This document shows, piece by piece, positions 33,216 through 38,874 of a stretch of 38,874 nucleotides of DNA. The position numbers and the translations under genes are program-made. Within the stretch, counting starts at the first letter, position 1, and each line of letters starts with the position of its first letter. Source of the DNA: Candidatus Coliplasma caballi (GTDB lineage Bacteria > Bacillota > Clostridia > Oscillospirales > CAG-382); contig JAGHTH010000137.1 in NCBI GenBank assembly GCA_018065365.1, forward strand, positions 1 through 38,874, read 5' to 3'. The notes beneath the pieces were generated by a model. It was not told the origin of the DNA and did no database searches. It saw nothing but the letters and a program-made list of their open reading frames with translations.

Positions 33216-33761
33216 ATGACAAACGTAACGATTTTACTTGCCGAAGGGTTTGAGGAAGCGGAAGCGCTCGTCCCCGCGGATCTGCTCTTGCGCGCCGGCG
33301 CGAAAGTAACGCTGGCGTCGATCGACGGAAGCGAAACGGTGGTCGGCTCGCACGGATTCCGCATCGGTGCGGACTGCACGATCGACGCGGTCGATCGCAG
33401 CGGCACGGACTGCCTGATCCTGCCCGGCGGAAAACTCGGCACCGACAACCTGTTCTCAAGCATCAAAGTCCGTTCGATGATCCAGGACGCCGTCGAAAAC
33501 GGGAAAATCGTCGCCGCGATCTGCGCCGCGCCCTCCATTTTAGGCAGAATGGGGCTTTTGGACGGCAGAAAATACGCCTGCTATCCCGGGTTTGAATCAC
33601 TGGTCGCCGGCGGGATCCACACCGGCAAAAAGGTGGAGCAGGACGATATTTTCGTCACGGCGGAAGGAATGGGCGTAGCGGACGAATTCGGGTTCTTTCT
33701 CATCGGGCTTTTATTCGGTGCGGAAAAAGAAACCGAGATCCGCGAAGCCGTCAGAAAATAA
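33216..33761 (+). CDS. DJ-1/PfpI family protein
   Basis: MTNVTILLAEGFEEAEALVP... and the nucleophile-elbow AAICAAP. The SD is GGAAAGAGG. Confidence 0.88.
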   Translation: MTNVTILLAEGFEEAEALVPADLLLRAGAKVTLASIDGSETVVGSHGFRIGADCTIDAVDRSGTDCLILPGGKLGTDNLFSSIKVRSMIQDAVENGKIVAAICAAPSILGRMGLLDGRKYACYPGFESLVAGGIHTGKKVEQDDIFVTAEGMGVADEFGFFLIGLLFGAEKETEIREAVRK

Positions 33762-33800
33762 CCGACGACACTTCAAACGTTCGGAAAGGAGAGGGTTTTC

Positions 33801-34715
33801 ATGGCGGAGCAATCCACCAAAACCGGAAAAACGATTTCCCACCTGACAGCGCCGCTGTTGGTGCTGTTCGTATTCGGCGCCATGCACCTGTCCCGCTTCC
33901 TGCTTGCACGCATGGAGAGCGGGGATCTGCTGTTGTCCATTTCGCTGGTGCAGGTGTTGGTGCTGGTCGTCCCCTGTATGCTGTATTACCTGCTGCGCAA
34001 GCGGAAACTCGCCACGCCGATGCTGCTTTCCCCCGTCGGACTGCGGCATTTTTGGCTGATCCTGTTCTCCGCGCTGACCTTCGTTTCCGGCAGTTTGCTC
34101 ATCAAATTTTTCTTTCGCTTCCTTTCCGACACCACGGTCGAAATGAAGGGTTTCTTCGACGCCCTCTCCGGCAACCTGGAAGATCCCTCGTTCGCGGGAG
34201 TCCTGCTTTCGCTGGTCATCGTTCCCGCGGTGTGTGAGGAAGTGCTGTTCCGCGGCGTGCTTCTGGCGGAATACCGTGCGCTCGGCGATTGGAACGCCAT
34301 TCTGATCACGGCGCTGTGCTTTGCGATGTTACATTTTTCGGTCGAGAATTTCCTCGCCTATCTCTTCGCGGGCGTTTTGCTCGGAATGGTCACGGTCGTA
34401 TCCCGCTCGATCATCCCCGCCGTCCTGCTGCATCTGCTTTCCAACGCGCTCAACGTGTTCGCTTCGGATCAGTTCTTGCGGATCACGCTGCTCAAAAACG
34501 GCTCGTTCTTCGTCGGCTTTCTGCTGGCGGTACTGTTCGGGCTTTCGCTGTTTTTCTTCCTGTACTGCGTGGAGCATCTGTTCTTCCGGTACGCCGAGGA
34601 GCCGTCCGAAACGACCTTGCCGCCGCGCAACCGCGAGGGAATCTCGAAGACGTTCCTCTCCCCTACGTTTTTGCTTTTAATCGTGGTATTCCTGCTGATT
34701 ACCGCGTTTCAATGA
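33801..34715 (+). CDS. CPBP-family intramembrane glutamic endopeptidase (CAAX protease / Abi)
   Basis: Polytopic membrane protein with the EEVLFRG, FAMLHF and LLHLLSNAL motifs. Confidence 0.85.
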   Translation: MAEQSTKTGKTISHLTAPLLVLFVFGAMHLSRFLLARMESGDLLLSISLVQVLVLVVPCMLYYLLRKRKLATPMLLSPVGLRHFWLILFSALTFVSGSLLIKFFFRFLSDTTVEMKGFFDALSGNLEDPSFAGVLLSLVIVPAVCEEVLFRGVLLAEYRALGDWNAILITALCFAMLHFSVENFLAYLFAGVLLGMVTVVSRSIIPAVLLHLLSNALNVFASDQFLRITLLKNGSFFVGFLLAVLFGLSLFFFLYCVEHLFFRYAEEPSETTLPPRNREGISKTFLSPTFLLLIVVFLLITAFQ

Positions 34716-34739
34716 TTTGAGAAAGGTGGCCCCGGATCC

Positions 34740-36389
34740 ATGAACAACGAAATCAACAAGCCCTCGGACGCGACCGGCGAAGTGGACGATCTGCTTTCCG
34801 AATACCGCGCGAAAAAGGCGCAGAGCAAGCCCGCGCCCGCAAAGACGTTCGATCCCGCGTGCGGTGAAACCCGGCTGATCGGGGAACCTCTCCACCCGAA
34901 GAAGAAGTCCGCGCCCGTCAAAAAGGCGCCCGCGCCGGAACTTCACAACAAGATCGCCATCGGTCTTCCGCTCGACGATCCGGACGCCGTAACGGCGGAA
35001 CTTTCCGTGGAAGCCGAAAAGAAAACGTCCCAGATCTCCGATCTGGCGGCGACGCATTTTCTTGAAAAAGAGTCCGACGCGCAGGAAGAAGACGTGCTCG
35101 CTTCACATCTGACGGAGGGTACCGGCAACGAACCGCCGATCCCGACCGATCCCGAAGACGAGGAAGACGAAGACGCCGAGCCCGATCCTTACGAGGGAAT
35201 GGCGAAGCCCAAGCGGATCCTGTTCAAGATCGTGAACGGCGTTCTGAATATGAGTTTCCTCGCAAAAGCGCTGATCTACGTTGCAGTGGTGGTCATCATC
35301 GCGGCGTACCTTTCCTATTTCGTCATCGAGATCGGAAACGACGTGTTCGCGCTCGTTACGGGCAACGAGGAGGTCCTCGTTACGATCCCGGAGAACGCGA
35401 CCGAAGACGAGGTTTCCAAACTCTTGTTGGACAAGGGACTGATCGACTACGAATGGCCGTTCAAACTGTTCTTAAAATATTACGGCGACGGCGAGGCGAT
35501 CGATTTCATCCCGGGCGAGCATACGATGAACCTCTCGATGAACTATTCGCAGATGCTGAACGCGCTGACCACCGTCAAGCGCAACCGCGTCGTCGTAACG
35601 CTGACGTTCCCGGAGGGCTTTACGGTCGATGACGTCATCAATCTGTTTTTGCAAAACGGCATCGGTACGCGCGAGGGATTCGTCGAAGCGATCAACAACT
35701 ACCCCTACAAGCACGAATTCGTGCGTTTGTTGGACGAAAACGGCTGGCCGAAAGACCGTGTTTACCGTCTGGAAGGGTATCTCTACCCCGACACCTACGA
35801 TTTCTACACCGATACCGACGAGTATCTCTGCATCAACAAACTGCTCAACAACTTCAACGACAAGGTCTGGACGGACTGGAAAGCCGATTACGAAGAAGTC
35901 GCGCGGAAATCGGACTTTACGCTCGACAAGATCATAACGCTGGCTTCCCTGATCCAGTGCGAAGGCAGAACGGCGGAAGATTTTGAGTATATCTCGCAGG
36001 TGTTCCACAACCGTCTGTCGCACGCGGCGGATTTTCCGCGTTTGGAAAGCGACGCGACGATCCAGTACGCCTACGAACTCGCGGGCAGGGAGCGCGAAGC
36101 CGATCCTTCCAAGGTCGATCTTTCTTTCCCGAGCCCCTACAACACCTACCTGTACGACGGTCTGACGCCCGGCGCGATCTGCAATCCGGGGTTGGACGCC
36201 ATCCTTGCCGCGATCTATCCCAGCAAACCGCTGGACGACAAAGACAAAGAGATCGACGTGTACTTCTTCGTCAGCAACAACGCCGGCAAAACGTACTACG
36301 CCGCGACCAAAGCCGCGCACGAGCGCAACAAGCAGCGCGTGGCGAGAGAAAACGCCGAATTGGCGCAAGAGGCACAGCAAAATGGTTGA
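34740..36389 (+). CDS. mltG: endolytic murein transglycosylase MltG (YceG-like) with a long cytoplasmic N-terminal extension
   Basis: It has a TM helix about 175 aa in, then a YceG domain with LEGYLYPDTYDF and ...SPYNTYLYDGLTPGAICNPG. Confidence 0.9.
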   Translation: MNNEINKPSDATGEVDDLLSEYRAKKAQSKPAPAKTFDPACGETRLIGEPLHPKKKSAPVKKAPAPELHNKIAIGLPLDDPDAVTAELSVEAEKKTSQISDLAATHFLEKESDAQEEDVLASHLTEGTGNEPPIPTDPEDEEDEDAEPDPYEGMAKPKRILFKIVNGVLNMSFLAKALIYVAVVVIIAAYLSYFVIEIGNDVFALVTGNEEVLVTIPENATEDEVSKLLLDKGLIDYEWPFKLFLKYYGDGEAIDFIPGEHTMNLSMNYSQMLNALTTVKRNRVVVTLTFPEGFTVDDVINLFLQNGIGTREGFVEAINNYPYKHEFVRLLDENGWPKDRVYRLEGYLYPDTYDFYTDTDEYLCINKLLNNFNDKVWTDWKADYEEVARKSDFTLDKIITLASLIQCEGRTAEDFEYISQVFHNRLSHAADFPRLESDATIQYAYELAGREREADPSKVDLSFPSPYNTYLYDGLTPGAICNPGLDAILAAIYPSKPLDDKDKEIDVYFFVSNNAGKTYYAATKAAHERNKQRVARENAELAQEAQQNG

Positions 36390-37602
36390 TTCTGCCCGAA
36401 AGCCCGAGATCCTGTCCCCCGCCGGCAATCCCGAAAAACTGCGGTTCGCGGTCGATTACGGCGCCGACGCGGTCTATCTCGGTATGAAGAAATACGGAAT
36501 GCGGAGCGCGTCCGAGAATTTTTCCCCGGAGGAACTCGCACAGGGCATCGCGTACGCCCACGCGCGCGGCGCGAAGGTCTATGTAACCGCCAACGTGATG
36601 CCGCGGCAGAGCGACGTCGCGGAACTTCCGGCATTTTTCGATTCGATCCGGGAGACACTCCCCGACGCGTTCATCGTGTCCGATCCGGGAATAATGGATC
36701 TTCTGCGGCAGTCTTTTCCGGACGCGCCGATCCACCTTTCCACCCAAACCTCGACCGTGAACGCCGCGACCTGCCGTTTCTGGTACCGCCAGGGCGTGCG
36801 CCGCATCGTGCTGGCGAGAGAACTTTCGCTTGCCGAGATCCGCTCGATCCGATCGGAGATCCCGGACGACCTCGAACTTGAAACGTTCGTACACGGCGCG
36901 ATGTGCGTGTCGTATTCGGGGCGCTGCCTGCTGTCCAACTATTACACGGGCCGCAACGCCAACGAGGGCAAATGCGCGCAGCCGTGCCGCTGGAAATACT
37001 ACGTCAAAGAAGAAAAACGGGGCGAAGACATTCTGACCGCCGAGCAGACCGAGGAAGGCACTTACCTGTTTTCTTCCAAAGATCTGCGCATGGTTGATCA
37101 TCTTGCCGAATTGGTCGAGGCGGGCATTTCCTGCTTCAAAATCGAAGGGCGCGTCAAGAGCGCCTACTATACCGCCGCGGTTACGAACGCCTATCGAATG
37201 GCGCTTGACGACGTGCTGGCGGGCAGACCGTTCAACCCCGCCCTGCTTGCCGAAACGGAGAGCGTTTCGCACCGCGAATACGGCACGGGGTACTTTTTTG
37301 CGTCGCCGATGGAACAGGCGAATATCGTTTCCGACAACCTATACCTCAAAGACCGGGCGTTTTTGGCGGTCGTCCGCCGGTACGATCCCGAAACGAAACT
37401 CGCCGAGTGCGAGCAATACAACAAGATGCTGCTCGGCGACCGCGCCAACCTGCTTTCGCCCGGTACGACCGGACGGGATATCACGATCGGCGAACTGTTT
37501 GACGCCGAGATGCAGCCGATCGAGGACACAAGACACCCGCGCATGACCTTTTTCCTGCGGATCGACGGGGCGAAGCCCGGCGATCTGATCCGCGGACTGT
37601 GA
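36382..37602 (+). CDS. peptidase U32 family protein
   Basis: PELLSPAGN-like start (PEILSPAGNPEKL) and ETFVHGAMCVSYSGRCLLS. It overlaps the mltG end by 8 nt, with the same neighbourhood as B. subtilis yrrL-yrrN/O. Confidence 0.88.
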   Translation: MVDSARKPEILSPAGNPEKLRFAVDYGADAVYLGMKKYGMRSASENFSPEELAQGIAYAHARGAKVYVTANVMPRQSDVAELPAFFDSIRETLPDAFIVSDPGIMDLLRQSFPDAPIHLSTQTSTVNAATCRFWYRQGVRRIVLARELSLAEIRSIRSEIPDDLELETFVHGAMCVSYSGRCLLSNYYTGRNANEGKCAQPCRWKYYVKEEKRGEDILTAEQTEEGTYLFSSKDLRMVDHLAELVEAGISCFKIEGRVKSAYYTAAVTNAYRMALDDVLAGRPFNPALLAETESVSHREYGTGYFFASPMEQANIVSDNLYLKDRAFLAVVRRYDPETKLAECEQYNKMLLGDRANLLSPGTTGRDITIGELFDAEMQPIEDTRHPRMTFFLRIDGAKPGDLIRGL

Positions 37603-37641
37603 GAGCAAAGCTCCGATCATTTTCGGAAAGGAAAACGTACT

Positions 37642-38358
37642 ATGAAAAAAGAGCCGTTTGTCAGCGCGATCATCGTGGCGGCAGGCAGCGGAACGCGGAT
37701 GGGCGGCGTTTCCAAGCCCGAACTGACGCTGAACGGAAAAGCCCTGCTGCAGCACGTGACGGAAGCGTTTCTGCAATCTTCCGTCGATGAGATCGTGATC
37801 GTCTGCGGAACGAACCGTCCGCGTCTGGAAGCGTTGGTGCCGTCTTCTCCCGCAAAGCCGATCCGCTTCTGCGACGGCGGAAACACCCGCACGAAATCGG
37901 TGTTCAACGGCGTCGATGCCGCGGACAAGCGAGCGACGATCCTGTGCGTTCACGACTGCGCGCGCCCGTTCGTTACGAAAGAGATCATCGAAGCCGTGAT
38001 CGAGGAAGCAAAAAAGACCGGCGCCGCGACCGCCTGCACACCCGTGACGGACACGATCAAATACGTCGATGAAGAGCACTCGATGCTTTATACGCCGGGG
38101 CGGAAGTACCTGCTCGCCCTGCAAACGCCGCAGGTGTTCCGCAAGGACGCGTACCTCGCCGCCTACGCCCTCGCTTCCAAAGCGGGCAGCGCGTTCACGG
38201 ACGAAACGGCGATGCTCGAACAGGCGGGCTTCCGGGTCGCTTATGTTCCCTGCCCGGCGTCCAACCGCAAAATTACCACCAAAGAGGATCTGACGCTCGC
38301 GCGGGCGCTCGTTCTGATCCGTCAAAAAGAAGAAAAAGCAAAGGAGAAAACCGTATGA
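37642..38358 (+). CDS. ispD: 2-C-methyl-D-erythritol 4-phosphate cytidylyltransferase
   Basis: [28 protein letters not shown] and VHDCARPF motifs. Confidence 0.93.
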   Translation: MKKEPFVSAIIVAAGSGTRMGGVSKPELTLNGKALLQHVTEAFLQSSVDEIVIVCGTNRPRLEALVPSSPAKPIRFCDGGNTRTKSVFNGVDAADKRATILCVHDCARPFVTKEIIEAVIEEAKKTGAATACTPVTDTIKYVDEEHSMLYTPGRKYLLALQTPQVFRKDAYLAAYALASKAGSAFTDETAMLEQAGFRVAYVPCPASNRKITTKEDLTLARALVLIRQKEEKAKEKTV

Positions 38359-38842
38359 GGATCGGTCAGGGATACGACGTACACCGCTTTGCCGAAAACC
38401 GCAAACTGATTTTGGGCGGGGTGGAAGTTCCGTACGAACAAGGCCTGCTCGGACATTCCGACGCGGACGTTCTGACGCACGCGATCTGCGACGCGCTGTT
38501 GGGTGCCGCCGCGCTCGGCGACATCGGGAAGCATTTCCCGGACAACGATCCCGCGTACGAGGGCATCTCGTCCATTCTGCTTTTGGAAAAATGCGCTTCC
38601 CTGTTGGAAAGCGCGTACAGAATCGAAAACATCGACGCCACGGTCATCGCGCAGCAGCCGAAACTGGCGTCTTTTATTCCCGCCATGCGCGAAAAAATCG
38701 CTTCGGCGCTCTCTCTGCCGACCGACAGAGTCAGCGTCAAAGCACCACCGAGGAAGGTCTCGGTTTCACGGGCAGAAAAGAAGGGATCGCCGCGACGGCG
38801 GTCGTTCTGCTTACCGAAAAAGAAACGGAAAGAGGCATCTGA
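38355..38842 (+). pseudogene. ispF: 2-C-methyl-D-erythritol 2,4-cyclodiphosphate synthase with an apparent 1-nt deletion frameshift near 38743-38744
   Basis: From the ATG at 38355 the frame gives [12 protein letters not shown]...[19 protein letters not shown]...RVSVKA. The conserved C-terminus [23 protein letters not shown]...* continues in the +2 frame and ends at 38842. The total length is 488 nt, which is 1 short of 163 codons. Confidence 0.85.
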
Positions 38843-38874
38843 AGCCATGACGAAACGGATCAAATTCAAAGGCG

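Noticed and set aside
33801-34715. The CPBP/Abi protease as a bacteriocin-immunity or abortive-infection module.
   Set aside because: There is no adjacent bacteriocin, transporter or phage-related gene. It sits within a housekeeping run (tmk, DJ-1, mltG).
34740-35260. The long acidic, low-complexity N-terminal extension of MltG and the E/P/K-rich linker of FtsK (about 7500-8030) as unusual domains.
   Set aside because: Cytoplasmic N-terminal extensions of MltG and disordered FtsK linkers are common in Firmicutes, and nothing is sequence-specific here.
38847-38874. An ATG with an upstream GGAAAGAGG SD, starting MTKRIKFKG at the right edge.
   Set aside because: It is probably a real gene start, but only 28 nt are in the window, so no product can be supported.

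Overview
The window looks like core chromosome from a high-GC Firmicute, probably Clostridia (Oscillospiraceae/Ruminococcaceae-like) judging by gene content and synteny. I support about 38 protein genes, nearly all housekeeping. One block is a 15-gene co-directional minus-strand array (27976 down to 13840): miaA, HlyD-like, yggS, sepF, yggT, divIVA, ileS, lspA, rluD, split transketolase, nif3, rqcH, flavin reductase, rlmH. This reproduces the Bacillus dcw-distal synteny. The other housekeeping genes are uppP, ftsK, nrdR, queA, rpmE, hflX, tmk, mltG plus a U32 peptidase, and ispD-ispF. I see no rRNA or tRNA genes, no CRISPR array, no transposase, integrase or phage genes, and no recognisable defence or toxin-antitoxin system, so I cannot point to a clear novel system. 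Five things deserve a second look. (1) A three-member family of ~500-aa lipoproteins (a tandem pair plus one diverged copy) looks like solute-binding proteins but has no transporter genes nearby. (2) A stand-alone E2-type acyltransferase-fold protein has the catalytic His replaced by Glu and sits in an apparent operon with nrdR. (3) A ~600-bp non-coding island (13236-13839) contains a duplicated terminator module, two kinds of tandem repeat, and a small K/N-rich ORF whose SD lies inside the rlmH terminator. (4) Two core genes are disrupted: an in-frame TAG in the transketolase C-terminal subunit and a 1-nt frameshift in ispF. These may be assembly errors. (5) Promoters recur with a near-consensus architecture that includes an A-tract in the spacer. 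All functional calls come from reading motifs in the translations, since no database search was possible.
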